Shown here: positions 10,842 to 20,840 of the stretch, piece by piece | Layout: each line of letters opens with the position of its first letter | Position numbering within the stretch: the stretch's first letter is position 1 | Assembly: GCA_963766075.1 (NCBI GenBank) | Contig: CAVYAN010000096.1 | Coordinates: 1 to 64,000 of the forward strand | Direction: 5' to 3' | DNA from: an uncultured cyanobacterium | Lineage (GTDB): Bacteria; Cyanobacteriota; Cyanobacteriia; Leptolyngbyales; Leptolyngbyaceae | DNA: 64,000 bases | Notes under the pieces: generated by a model | What the model saw: the letters and a program-made list of their open reading frames with translations, nothing else | The model's database searches: none | Told to the model about the DNA's origin: nothing | Translations under genes and position numbers: made by a program

Positions 10842-11468
10842 CTATCCCACAGCCTGCAACTCCGCCCACCGGTGTTGCAGATCGGCAATGGAAAACACCG
10901 CCTGATAGGGAATGCCCGCGGCGGCATACAGTTCTGTCCCTCCTTGTTGTCGATCTACCAGGGAGAGAATCCCATTCACCCGATAGCCCGCTTGCTGGAG
11001 GCGCTCCACCGCTTTCATTGCCGAGCCTCCCGTCGTGACAACATCTTCCAATACTGTAATGGCGCTGTCGGGAGGCAATGTTGGTCCTTCAATATAGGCT
11101 TGGGTGCCGTGTCCCTTAGCCTCTTTGCGGATGATCAGGGCAGTGAGTGATCGCCCCTCATAGGCCCCCACCACGCTCACCGCCGTCACCAGGGGGTCTG
11201 CACCAAGGGTCAACCCCGCCACAGCTTGGGTTTCTAAAGGAATCAAAGAGAGGAGCACCCGACCCACCATCAGCGCCCCTTGGGCATGGAGGGTCACCTG
11301 CTTACCGTTAATGTAATAGGTCGATTGTTGACCGGAACTTAGCAGAAAATCGCCTTCTTTGTAGGCCACTTGGCAAAACAAGTCCAGCAGTTGGTCACGC
11401 AGGATCACTAAGTCAACCGTGGCAACTTCCGAGGGCAGCTCAGCCGAAACTTGAGGAATTTTGGTCAT
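10842..11468 (-). CDS. pyrE: Orotate phosphoribosyltransferase
   Basis: GDFLLSSGQQSTYY, IRKEAKGHG, VLEDVVTTGGS. Confidence 0.95.
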   Translation of the reverse strand: MTKIPQVSAELPSEVATVDLVILRDQLLDLFCQVAYKEGDFLLSSGQQSTYYINGKQVTLHAQGALMVGRVLLSLIPLETQAVAGLTLGADPLVTAVSVVGAYEGRSLTALIIRKEAKGHGTQAYIEGPTLPPDSAITVLEDVVTTGGSAMKAVERLQQAGYRVNGILSLVDRQQGGTELYAAAGIPYQAVFSIADLQHRWAELQAVG

Positions 11469-11718
11469 AATTTGGGGCAGACTGAGTACAATTGAAAAAA
11501 CTCTAATTCCTATCCGTAGGAATTAGGCGGTTTTAGATTAGCCGTTGGGCCAGTGCGATCCAGTGATTTTTTGAATGGGGTCCCATTAGCGACAGTTAGA
11601 ATCCAGTCTAGTCGTCCATTGTGGCCCACAAAACCCTCACTAACCGGTTCATTCCAACCCTAATCTTAGTCCTAAAAACACACCTTCACTAAGCAAAAAA
11701 ACCTGGGGAGTGGATTGT

Positions 11719-12239
11719 ATGCGTACCAGTTCGTGGATCAGTTCTAAAGGGGCGATCGCCAGCGTAGTTCTGGGGCGATCGCAAGTTTCGGCACCTCCAC
11801 CGTCATGGCCCAAGAGTTGCAGATTAGTCCCGCGATCGAAGCCGCCAATTTCAGCGGTAAAACCATTCCTGAAGAAGTTGAGCGGGCCTATTTTGAACAT
11901 GATCCAGACTTCTTTGAAAACCGGAAGATTCACCGCCAAATCAGCTATTTATTTGGCCCCGGCATCTTAGTATCCAATTCCTTCCCCGAGAACGAAATTC
12001 TCCGGGATGCCAAAGAAATCTTTGCGGTCTACAACACCGTAATCGCCTCCCAGACGGCTTCGGCCCCGCGCCTGCGCACAGTCGATCTGCCCAATCCCTT
12101 CAATCTGTCCCTGCGCAACTTACCCGCCTATGTGAACGTGGGGCCTTTGCCTTCCACCCCCCTGCCACGTATGCCCATTGCGCCCACGCCAACACCAGGA
12201 CCTAGCGCAGACAATGCGCCTGTACCCGCCCTCTGGTAA
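11719..12239 (+). CDS. Conserved cyanobacterial exported hypothetical protein; N-terminus frameshifted in a G run at ~11772-11775
   Basis: Adding one G joins ATG11719 (MRTSSWISSKGAIASVVLGAIASFGTSTVMAQE, signal-like) to ORF 11805-12239 (FPENEILRDAK...RTVDLPNPFNLSL). Confidence 0.6.
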
Positions 12240-12298
12240 ATCAGCCAGTCAAGCAGCGGGCTGATTTACCATTAGTCCGGGTAATGATTATCCGGACT
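12235..12298. terminator. Two hairpins between convergent genes
   Basis: GGTAAATCAGCC/GGCTGATTTACC (12235-12270) and AGTCCGG/CCGGACT (12274-12298). Confidence 0.6.
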
Positions 12299-12372
12299 GC
12301 TTACGGTTGCTTAAATCAAAGGTGATTTCCAAAAAATATCCGACAAATAATAGGCTGGCTGGCTCCGCTCCG

Positions 12373-12422
12373 CCAACCAAAATTGCTCCCTGAGCGAAGT
12401 CGAAGGGAGCAATTTTGGTTGG
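12373..12422. repeat. REP/short-dispersed-repeat hairpin with TGAGCGAAGTCGAA loop
   Basis: Perfect 18-bp stem CCAACCAAAATTGCTCCC/GGGAGCAATTTTGGTTGG; the loop motif recurs at 30579 and, inverted, at ~30803. Confidence 0.75.
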
Positions 12423-12467
12423 TATAACTTTTTCTGGCAATCGCCTATACAAACGCCACGGAAGCAT

Positions 12468-13952
12468 CTATCGGCCCGCTTTTTCGGGCAAGTTGCGGGG
12501 GGGAATCGCCCTTCCCTGATAAAACTGCCGTTCGAGGCGGTCTAAGTTCCACCATGCCGCCACGAACGCCAAGGGAACCGTCGCAGCCAATAGCACGCTG
12601 ACTAAAGCGGTTTGCCCAAAGGCCACCAGCCAAATCGGAAAAAATGTCCAGGCTGTCGCTGCAAAAAAAACGCACAGACGGCGAAGGCGCTGAATATTTA
12701 GCAGAGCGGTCCGGCAGCTCGCACAGTTTTCCGTGTGGGAGTGGTAGCGATCGAGAAGTTGCGTTCGGTCCAAGGCAGGAGGCAGGGATTGCCCTGGAAA
12801 CGGGTCTGCCTGAAACTGCTGCGTCCATTGGCGATATTCTGCCACGAAGCGATCGGCAGGCGTCGCCAGATAAAAGGCTTGCTTAAAGTTCGGAGCCCCG
12901 CCCTGCGCCACTAAATGACGCTCTTGCCAATGCAGGAAAATTTGATCATCTTCCAGAATGGCATTTTGCTGCAGATGAGAGTACCAACGCGGCGTCAGCC
13001 GAATCACCGTCGCGGGGATTTTGGACGGAAATTTGAACGGGAAGCGGGCAAACAAACGGCATTTTCCTTTCTGCATGGGTGTGGCGTAGACCACCGTCAG
13101 GGTCCGGCCAAATTGCTGTGAGGTCAAGTCGTGATACATCAATCCCGGCGCGATGAAATGGGTGTCCTGGGATCCCAATTTGCCCCGACGCGGCCCCTCT
13201 GCCCAATATCCTTGGAAGCCCTGCTTCCCCGACTGCACAATGTCCAAATCCATGGGGGCCGCATTAACGCGGTTGCCAACGGAACGGTGGTGGGTAAAAG
13301 GCAAGTGACTGGAATCCAGCACATTTTCCATCAGGGTGGCGGCATCATAGGGCAAGTCACGAAAGATGTTCATGATTACCCAATCCGCAGGCGTCTCCTC
13401 TAGAGGCGCAATAATCGGGATAGGTACCTGCGCAGCATGTTTTGGCTGGCCCGCGTATACGAAGAGTAACCCTTGGCGGACCGCCGTCGCAAAGGCGCGG
13501 ACACAGGCACGTTTGGCAGTGTGGGCTGTACCACCGATAGGCTCTTGGGGAATATGCTGGCAGGCTCCAGTCCCCGCAAAGGCCCAGCCATGGTAGGGGC
13601 ATTCCAACAGGCCATCGACGGTGATGCGGCCCTCGGACAGAGGCGCAAGGCGATGGGGGCATTGATCCTCAAAAGCCCGCCACACCTGAGCTTGGCCGTC
13701 CCACCAAATCACTAAATGAATATCTAGCAGAGTAAAGGCCTGGGGCCGGGTCCGATCGAGGTCATCCAGGAAGTAAACGGGATACCAAACCTCCGTGACA
13801 TCAAACCGCTCTGGATCGGTTCCACCTGCGGCTTGGGGCTGTGGAGTGGCAGAGGCAAGGGGTGGGGCGAGAGGGGAAGGTGTTCCTGCCGTTGGCATAG
13901 TATTCTCCAGGTGGGTGGGCGATCGCCGTGAAATCGCGTCAGACAACTCCAT
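12468..13952 (-). CDS. Rieske non-heme iron oxygenase, pheophorbide a oxygenase (PaO)-like family; start may be 13898
   Basis: CPHRLAPLSEG...CPYHGW Rieske motif; ENVLDSSHLPFTHH Fe site; C-terminal HTENCASC. Confidence 0.88.
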   Translation of the reverse strand: MELSDAISRRSPTHLENTMPTAGTPSPLAPPLASATPQPQAAGGTDPERFDVTEVWYPVYFLDDLDRTRPQAFTLLDIHLVIWWDGQAQVWRAFEDQCPHRLAPLSEGRITVDGLLECPYHGWAFAGTGACQHIPQEPIGGTAHTAKRACVRAFATAVRQGLLFVYAGQPKHAAQVPIPIIAPLEETPADWVIMNIFRDLPYDAATLMENVLDSSHLPFTHHRSVGNRVNAAPMDLDIVQSGKQGFQGYWAEGPRRGKLGSQDTHFIAPGLMYHDLTSQQFGRTLTVVYATPMQKGKCRLFARFPFKFPSKIPATVIRLTPRWYSHLQQNAILEDDQIFLHWQERHLVAQGGAPNFKQAFYLATPADRFVAEYRQWTQQFQADPFPGQSLPPALDRTQLLDRYHSHTENCASCRTALLNIQRLRRLCVFFAATAWTFFPIWLVAFGQTALVSVLLAATVPLAFVAAWWNLDRLERQFYQGRAIPPRNLPEKAGR

Positions 13953-13953
13953 A

Positions 13954-13996
13954 ACTCAGACTGCGTGACTCAGACTGCGTGACTCAGGCAGTCGCG
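13954..13996. repeat. 14-bp tandem repeat ACTCAGACTGCGTG (two full copies plus a partial)
   Basis: actcagactgcgtg actcagactgcgtg actcaggcagtcgcg. Confidence 0.85.
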
Positions 13997-14013
13997 TTAC
14001 ATATCTTTACGTT
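13996..14013. promoter_or_regulatory. Candidate HLR1 (RpaB) site
   Basis: GTTACATA-TC-TTTACGTT has one mismatch to KTTACAWW-N2-KTTACAWW and lies in a divergent intergenic region. Confidence 0.45.
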
Positions 14014-14104
14014 TCTCATTTACATAATAGACGAAGACTCTCCCTATCCCCTCCAAACTGGCTCATAATAAAATTTTGCTTTGCATTAATTGTGTGATTG
14101 ACCC

Positions 14105-15547
14105 ATGATTGCTGAACTTGCGACGGTGCTGGATGGACTAGACTTGCCCGCGGATTGGGTGGGCCTGCGAGCGGTACGGGAACAGTCCACGGGGCGATCA
14201 GTGCGGGATGAAACAGTCCCGGAAACCAATAGCAAATCCCTCAACCAAGGGGTGATGGTCGAGGTGCTGGCCCAGGGGCAGATGGGCTATGCGGCCACTA
14301 ATTCCATGGCTCCGGAGAGTATTCGACAGGCCGCCGCGATCGCCTATCAGCAGGCGATCGCGGCCAGTCAGTGGTCGATTTATCCTTTAACTGCCGCTGT
14401 TCGTCCCCCCGTTGCAGGCCAGTATGCTTCGCCCGCGCAACAGCCCTTCGATGCCCTCAGTCCCAGCGAAATTAATGCCATCCTGATCCAGATTTGCCGC
14501 AAACTCAAAGTTTCGGATAAAGTCGTGCAGACTCACGCCATGGCCACCACCACCGAGCGGGACATGTGGTTTGTCAGCAGTAACGGCTCTGAGGTCTATC
14601 AGCGCTTTCTCAACATTGGCACCGATTATGCCGTGACGGCCCAAGACGGTTCCGTCATTCAACGCCGCAGCAATAACGGTTGGCTGGCCCGCTGTTTTCA
14701 GGGGGGATTGGAGCACTTTGTAGAGCCGGATTTGTGGGAACGGGTGGAACGGATTGGGGCACAGGTGATGGAATTATTAAGTGCTGAAGATTGTCCAAAT
14801 TTGACGACAAATTTAGTGCTAGCACCAGACCAGATGCTCTTGCAAATCCATGAAAGTATTGGGCATCCGCTGGAAATCGATCGCATCCTCGGGGATGAGC
14901 GTAACTATGCCGGGGGCAGCTTTATTCAGCCGACTGACTTCGGCACGCGGGTTTACGGTTCTCCGCTGATGAACATCACCTTTGATCCAACGGTGTCGGG
15001 TCAAAATGCCAGCTACGCCTTTGACGATATTGGCGCTCCTGCTACGCGCGAATATGTGATCAAAGAAGGGATTCTCCAGCGGGGATTAGGCAGTGTAGAC
15101 AGTCAGACGCGAGCCGGCATTGCGGGGGTGGCCTGTGCTCGGGCATGCTCGTGGAATCGTCCGCCGATTGACCGGATGGCCAACCTGAATCTGGAGCCCG
15201 GTTCGACGGCATTTCCAGATTTAATTAAAGACATTGACCATGGAGTCTATATGGAATCAAATCGCTCCTGGTCAATTGATGATCAGCGCTATAAGTTCCA
15301 GTTTGGGTGTGAATATGCCAAGTTAATTGAAAATGGAAAATTCACGAAGACGCTCCGCAATCCCAACTATCGCAGCACGACGCCGGAGTTCTGGAAAAAC
15401 TTAGTGAAGGTGGGCGATCGCCAATCCTGGGAAATGTATGGCACCTTCTTTTGTGGCAAGGGAGAACCTAACCAAGCTATCTGGGTTGGCCACGGCTCCC
15501 CCCCGGCTGTTTTCGCGGAGGTGGAAGTCTTCGGCAGTGATACATGA
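14105..15547 (+). CDS. tldD: TldD-family metalloprotease
   Basis: QIHESIGHPLE (HExxxH), PIDRMANL, CGKGEPNQ...VGHGSP. Confidence 0.88.
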   Translation: MIAELATVLDGLDLPADWVGLRAVREQSTGRSVRDETVPETNSKSLNQGVMVEVLAQGQMGYAATNSMAPESIRQAAAIAYQQAIAASQWSIYPLTAAVRPPVAGQYASPAQQPFDALSPSEINAILIQICRKLKVSDKVVQTHAMATTTERDMWFVSSNGSEVYQRFLNIGTDYAVTAQDGSVIQRRSNNGWLARCFQGGLEHFVEPDLWERVERIGAQVMELLSAEDCPNLTTNLVLAPDQMLLQIHESIGHPLEIDRILGDERNYAGGSFIQPTDFGTRVYGSPLMNITFDPTVSGQNASYAFDDIGAPATREYVIKEGILQRGLGSVDSQTRAGIAGVACARACSWNRPPIDRMANLNLEPGSTAFPDLIKDIDHGVYMESNRSWSIDDQRYKFQFGCEYAKLIENGKFTKTLRNPNYRSTTPEFWKNLVKVGDRQSWEMYGTFFCGKGEPNQAIWVGHGSPPAVFAEVEVFGSDT

Positions 15548-15925
15548 ATTTGCGGAGGAATTTCAAGAACACTAGCTCCTTGGCCATGGCCTCTAAAAAT
15601 TCATGAACAGGCCGAGCTTAAAGCATGGCCAGTAATCTCAGCGATCTGTAATGACTTGACTAGCAACGGTGATACAGCAATCCTACGTGAATCGTGAGAC
15701 CACTTTCCAAAGGATGCGATCGGGCTTTTTTCCCAAATAGACACCTGTAAAAGCTCTCAAAGTGGAGTATAGTAGCTCGCGTCTGGCAGCCGTCTTTTTA
15801 CCAGACAGCCTGTCAGACAAAACGTCTAAAGCGCTTACCTAGGAGATGACTTTGGATTAGAGAACCGAACAAGTATTATAAAATGGCAAGCTTAAGCTGA
15901 TTATTATCTCTCCTTAACCTCGCCC

Positions 15926-16366
15926 ATGAAACCCCTTGATACTGAACTGACTAACCGCTTGCTCAACGAAATTATGGAGGCTGAGCTGGCGGGGGTGGTC
16001 CGTTATACCCACTATTCTCTGATGGTCACTGGCCCCAATCGCATTCCTATTGTGCAATTTCTCAAGGGACAAGCCACCGAATCTCTGCTGCATGCCCAAC
16101 AAGTCGGTGAAATTCTTACCGGCCTAGATGGCCATCCCTCGCAAAAAATTGCTTCGATTGAGGAGACTTTTCAGCACTCGATTTACGACATTTTGCTAGA
16201 AAGTCTGCACCATGAGACGGCTACGCTAGACCTATACAAGCAACTGCTTGATGTGGTTACTGATGCCAGCATTTACCTAGAGGAGTTCATCCGGGGCATG
16301 ATTGGCCAAGAGGAACTGCACGGCATGGAGCTGAAGAAAATGCTGCGAGACTTTAAACCGGAGTGA
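15926..16366 (+). CDS. Bacterioferritin / ferritin-like protein
   Basis: Four-helix di-iron pattern ELAGVVRY, ESLLHA, HE, QEELH. Confidence 0.8.
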   Translation: MKPLDTELTNRLLNEIMEAELAGVVRYTHYSLMVTGPNRIPIVQFLKGQATESLLHAQQVGEILTGLDGHPSQKIASIEETFQHSIYDILLESLHHETATLDLYKQLLDVVTDASIYLEEFIRGMIGQEELHGMELKKMLRDFKPE

Positions 16367-16472
16367 GGATTTTAGCTAGCGCTTGGGGGCGCGGCGATCG
16401 CTTCGGGTCAGCGGTTACCAGAGTGTTTGCATCCAAATTAAGCGGCTTCGATCAATCCGCTGCCCCCAATTT

Positions 16473-16832
16473 TTAGGCTTCATTAAAATCTTCTTGCGCC
16501 CGCGCTTTTCCAAGAAGAACTGGCTTCATGTTGCCGTTGAACTGCCAACTCAAAATTAAGAGGTAGGTTGTCAAAAATAGACTCCCTCCAAAAAGCGCCA
16601 ATACCGAGAGGAATATTCCAATCCCTGAGAATTGATGCCGCCATACGACCCAAAACGCAGAGAGTATCAGCATAAACATAAAATCGAGGTTGAACTGACC
16701 CGCCCAACCCACCACCGCCATGTCTCCAAAAAAAATGTTGAACAGCCCTAAGCCATGATTCGCGATCACCACACTGGTATAGCCCACAAGAATAGTCAAC
16801 AGGGTGATCAACACCGTGCGAAATGCAGTCAT
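16473..16832 (-). CDS. Hypothetical small integral membrane protein
   Basis: Hydrophobic ORF with WAGQFNLDF and WVVWRH motifs; ATG start chosen at MTAFRT. Confidence 0.65.
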   Translation of the reverse strand: MTAFRTVLITLLTILVGYTSVVIANHGLGLFNIFFGDMAVVGWAGQFNLDFMFMLILSAFWVVWRHQFSGIGIFLSVLALFGGSLFLTTYLLILSWQFNGNMKPVLLGKARAQEDFNEA

Positions 16833-16984
16833 AGCAAAACCCTCAACGATATACTTCGCTAAAAGTATCACTTGACTCTAGATTCAAGCATTAATCTTGA
16901 TCAATAACCGCGAAGGTAACGTTTCAACAAGCTACACGGTAAGGCGAAGAAGTCTAACGCAGGGTTTGACAGACTTGCTGGAAT

Positions 16985-18748
16985 TTAGTACTGGGTACCG
17001 GATTTGCGGTGGTTTACGGCGGTGACTCCGGTGACATCCAAAACTTTGCCATTATTAATCACCGCATAGAGCAACCAGTGGTCCCCGCAGTCCATGCGAT
17101 TTTCGACGGTGCATTCCAGATAGGCCAGGGCCTCCGTCAGAATCAGATTGCCATTCGCAGCCCGTTCAGTAGCCACGATCGCAAATACATCCTCACCCGC
17201 CATCTGAGTGCGCTGAAAATGGCGACGCAGGTTGCGGCCTTCCTTCAGAATATTCAGCACAAACTGGGCTCCCGTCTGAGTTAGGGTCTCTAGGGGCTGA
17301 TTTTTCTCGAGGGCAATCGTCAGACCGGGCGGGGTAAAGCTGGCCTGGGAAACCCAGGAGGTTAGCATACCCAGATTGGCGCCCTCGGCAGTTTTGGCAG
17401 TGAGGACACAGAGGGCATTGGTAACCCGCCCCACGGCTTGGCTGGTGCGATCGCTCTCCGCCACCACCTGCCGGGGAACCCGCACTTTCTTAGTCTTTTT
17501 CAACGTCTGGACAAACTCTAGCCCTGCGGCCTCACACTGCTGCAGCACCGCATCGGTCGGCGTAAACTTGACCCGAATCGTGTCAAAGCCAAACTGATAC
17601 CCCGCATCCTGCAACTTATCTTCCAATTGATCCACAGCTTCCCCACTCCAGCCATAGGAGCCAAAAACCCCAGCCACCTTGGTTTTAGCGGCATTAGACA
17701 GGACAATCCCCAGGGCCGTTTGAATCTGGGTCGGTGCGTGGCCCCCCAAGGTGGGAGAACCCATGATGAAGCCATCACAGGTGTCCACGGCAGCGGTAAT
17801 GGCAGCCGGGTCCGTGGATTCGCAATCAATCAGAGCAACGTCCGATCCGGCCTGCTGGATACCCGCCGCGATCGCCCGGGCGATCGCTCCCGTATTGCCG
17901 TAGGCTGAGGTGTACAAAATGGCCACATTAAAATCCTGGATCCGCTGCTGGTCGCTCCACTCGCGATAGTCAAAGGTCAGCCGACTGACACTGTACCGCA
18001 CAAGGGGACCATGGGCCGGCGCATACATTTTCGCATTGAGGGGAGCCAACTGCTTCAGCACTGTTTCCACCTGTGGGGCTTGAGCCGCATGCAAACACTC
18101 GAAATAATAGCGCCGATCCTCATCCAGGGACTTCCAGTTTTTATCCAACACCGCATCGTCACACAGATGCGCCCCAAATAGCTTATCGGTATAGAGAATT
18201 TGGGTTTTAGTATCGTAGGTGCAAATCGCATCGGGCAATCGCGGCGTCGGCACAAAGTAAAATTGCAGCACATGCCCTTCGCCCAAGTCGAGGGTTTGCC
18301 CATCCCGCACCACATCAATCCGCACGTCATTATCCGGAAACACCGATCGCAACGTGTTTGCCGCCGGTTTAGAACAAACAATCGTGGCATGGGGCGTCAT
18401 ATCAATCAACCGCTTCAGCGTCGTCATCCGATTGGGATTGACGTGACTCAAGATTATGTAATTAATCCGGTGAAAGGCGTGATGCTGATACAGTTCGTCC
18501 AGAAAAATATCCGTAAAGGATTCCCCCGGCGGGTCGAACAAGGCCGTTTGATACGCCTGAATTAAATATGCATTAGAGGTCGTGCCCTTTTGGCGCGCAT
18601 ACTCCATTTCAAATTTGAGGCGATCCCAGGTGCGCGATCGCAACACCAGCGTTTCTTCCCCAATTTCCGCCACCTGAACATCCCGCAGGCGCGGCCCAGC
18701 GAGGTTCGTTCCCGAGGTGAGATCAGCCGTCAAAGAGTCAAGAGTCAT
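16985..18748 (-). CDS. flv2: Class C flavodiiron protein with non-canonical metal site (Flv1/Flv2 cluster; Flv2-like)
   Basis: Beta-lactamase-like, flavodoxin and flavin reductase domains; SHVNPNR replaces the canonical HxEPDH; ends HRKSGTQY. The Flv2 rather than Flv1 call rests on recalled sequence similarity. Confidence 0.7.
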   Translation of the reverse strand: MTLDSLTADLTSGTNLAGPRLRDVQVAEIGEETLVLRSRTWDRLKFEMEYARQKGTTSNAYLIQAYQTALFDPPGESFTDIFLDELYQHHAFHRINYIILSHVNPNRMTTLKRLIDMTPHATIVCSKPAANTLRSVFPDNDVRIDVVRDGQTLDLGEGHVLQFYFVPTPRLPDAICTYDTKTQILYTDKLFGAHLCDDAVLDKNWKSLDEDRRYYFECLHAAQAPQVETVLKQLAPLNAKMYAPAHGPLVRYSVSRLTFDYREWSDQQRIQDFNVAILYTSAYGNTGAIARAIAAGIQQAGSDVALIDCESTDPAAITAAVDTCDGFIMGSPTLGGHAPTQIQTALGIVLSNAAKTKVAGVFGSYGWSGEAVDQLEDKLQDAGYQFGFDTIRVKFTPTDAVLQQCEAAGLEFVQTLKKTKKVRVPRQVVAESDRTSQAVGRVTNALCVLTAKTAEGANLGMLTSWVSQASFTPPGLTIALEKNQPLETLTQTGAQFVLNILKEGRNLRRHFQRTQMAGEDVFAIVATERAANGNLILTEALAYLECTVENRMDCGDHWLLYAVINNGKVLDVTGVTAVNHRKSGTQY

Positions 18749-18750
18749 GG

Positions 18751-18955
18751 GATTTTGGATTGCGCTTCGCGCCGCTACGCTAGAGGGTGTTGGGTGTTGG
18801 GTTGCGTCACTCTGGGAATTTTAGATTTTGGATTCTAGATTTTGGATGGCCCAAACCGCTGGCCTTTTATATCTAAAAGGCTGCCACTACTCCATTCCAA
18901 GCCTGCCCGCGCTCGCCCCAGAAAAGCACTGGGGACCAGAATCCAAAATCCAAAC
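18751..18955. repeat. STRR-like heptamer repeats (ATTTTGG/CCAAAAT) between the flv genes
   Basis: attttagattttggattctagattttggat and the inverted aatccaaaatccaaa. Confidence 0.65.
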
Positions 18956-18957
18956 CC

Positions 18958-20685
18958 CTAATAGTGGTTGCCGACTTTGCGATGATGCACCGCAGTGAGA
19001 GCATCGAGATTGGAGACACGGCCTATATCCACAGCGCTATACACCAGCCAATGGTCCGGAGTTTCCATGCGGCTCATCACTTCGCATTCCAGGTAAGCCA
19101 AGGCATCGGCAAGGATGGGCGAACCATTAGCAGCAGGGTAGGTTTTGATGCCCGCAAACCGATCCGCACCGGGGGGAAACCGCTTTAGGAAATGCTTCAT
19201 CAGGGGCTGATAATTGTCTTCTTCAAGCACGTTGAGCACGAAGCGATCGCCCACATGCATCAAGGACTCAATCGCCCGGTCCTTGGCCACGGCAATGGTC
19301 ACCCCCAATGGCTTGAGGCTAGCTTGGGAAACCCAGGAGGCCAACATGGCACTGGAAGAGTTACCACGCTGAGCCGTAATAATATACAGCCCCCCGCTGA
19401 TCCGCCCTAGGGCCTTGTCCAGATCATTGTCTAAGGCTTTCATTTGCTTAATGCTGCGATCGCGCGTCAGCCGCTGCCCCAGATCAGTGCCCGCTTCGTC
19501 GCAGAGCTGATAGGTGGCAGCAGTCGGGGTTTCCTTAATCAAGATCGGCGCAAAGGCTTCGGCGAGGCCCAATTCCTGGAATTTGTTGCGGAGGGGATAC
19601 ACCGATTCGTCATCGCCGCCACCGACTTCAAACAACCCCACCGTTTGCTTGCTGTGGGCCGAAGCCAGGATGGTATTCAGCAAGGTGCGGGTCGCAGCAG
19701 CATAGGGACCCGACTGGGGCGGCATGCCAATCACAATTCCAGCGGCAATTTCCGTCAGGACGCGCACTTCCGGAGGTTCAGCGCTGCGAAGATCAATCAG
19801 CTCAACCGCGACTCCAGTTTTAGAAATACCCTGGGCCAAGGCGTGGGCTAGGCGATCGCTAAACCCATAATCCGATACATAGTAAACCGCCACGGTCTTA
19901 GCGGCCTTGGCCTGGGCTTGACTCCAGTCGCGATAGCGCTGCACCAACTCAGGCAAATTAAACTTCAGCAGGGGACCATGGCCAGTCCCAATGGTGGTGA
20001 TGGCGGGCAGCTCATCCATCCGCTTCAGGGCCGATAGCACCGATCGCGCATTCGGACCCATCAGACAGTCGTAGTAGTACTGATAGTCGTGCTCAATCAG
20101 ATCTAATTCTTCGTCAAAGGTGTGATCGTCACAAAAGTGCATGCCAAAAGCATCACAGGTGTAGAGGATCTGGGTGCCATGGTCATAGGTAAAAATCGTA
20201 TCGGGCCAGTGCAGGTTAGGAGCCGACAGGAATTCCAGTTCGTGGCCATTGCCGAGGTCGAGGCGATCGCCACTCTTGACCAGCTTGCGCTCAAAGGGCT
20301 GATGCACCATGTCTTCCAGGAATTGAATCGCTACCTTAGCCCCGACGACGACGGCTTGGGGGGCCAGCTTCAGCACCTCGGGCACTAGGGCGCTGTGGTC
20401 TGGTTCAGTATGACTAATAATGATGTAGTCAATCGTGGTGGGATCAATCAATCCGGCCAGGGTATCGAGGTAGAGCTGGCGAAATTTGGCGTGGGAAGTG
20501 TCCACGAGGGCAGTTTTTTCGCCCTTAATGATAAAAGAATTATAGGTGGTGCCGTTGTCCAGGGCGAATTCAATGTCGAAGCGTTCGCGATCCCAGTCCA
20601 AGCAGCGAATGGTTGTTGAGTCCGCCCCAATCTCTAGGGTCTGTACCGTCAGCCGCGCCTTTACCCGTTCTGCCAGTGCCACCAT
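18958..20685 (-). CDS. flv4: Class C flavodiiron protein with canonical di-iron site (Flv3/Flv4 cluster; Flv4-like)
   Basis: SHTEPDHS, NLHWPD, CDAFGMH, TGHGP ligands; GMPPQS and YPLRNKFQELGL resemble Flv4; ends HHRKVGNHY. Confidence 0.7.
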   Translation of the reverse strand: MVALAERVKARLTVQTLEIGADSTTIRCLDWDRERFDIEFALDNGTTYNSFIIKGEKTALVDTSHAKFRQLYLDTLAGLIDPTTIDYIIISHTEPDHSALVPEVLKLAPQAVVVGAKVAIQFLEDMVHQPFERKLVKSGDRLDLGNGHELEFLSAPNLHWPDTIFTYDHGTQILYTCDAFGMHFCDDHTFDEELDLIEHDYQYYYDCLMGPNARSVLSALKRMDELPAITTIGTGHGPLLKFNLPELVQRYRDWSQAQAKAAKTVAVYYVSDYGFSDRLAHALAQGISKTGVAVELIDLRSAEPPEVRVLTEIAAGIVIGMPPQSGPYAAATRTLLNTILASAHSKQTVGLFEVGGGDDESVYPLRNKFQELGLAEAFAPILIKETPTAATYQLCDEAGTDLGQRLTRDRSIKQMKALDNDLDKALGRISGGLYIITAQRGNSSSAMLASWVSQASLKPLGVTIAVAKDRAIESLMHVGDRFVLNVLEEDNYQPLMKHFLKRFPPGADRFAGIKTYPAANGSPILADALAYLECEVMSRMETPDHWLVYSAVDIGRVSNLDALTAVHHRKVGNHY

Positions 20686-20749
20686 AACGGTCTCCTTTCA
20701 GCTCAAAGAAATTTGCCTTACTCCTATTATTGACTGACTGAGAGCCATT

Positions 20750-20775
20750 ATGAAATTTCATTAAGCAAATTTGCT
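20750..20775. promoter_or_regulatory. Two adjacent perfect 12-bp palindromes upstream of the flv operon
   Basis: ATGAAATTTCAT (20750-20761) and AGCAAATTTGCT (20764-20775). Confidence 0.5.
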
Positions 20776-20840
20776 CATTGGTTCCGCTTATCGATGGGCG
20801 ATCCCAAATCGGATAGGGCCATAGGGGATCGGAGAGCAGC

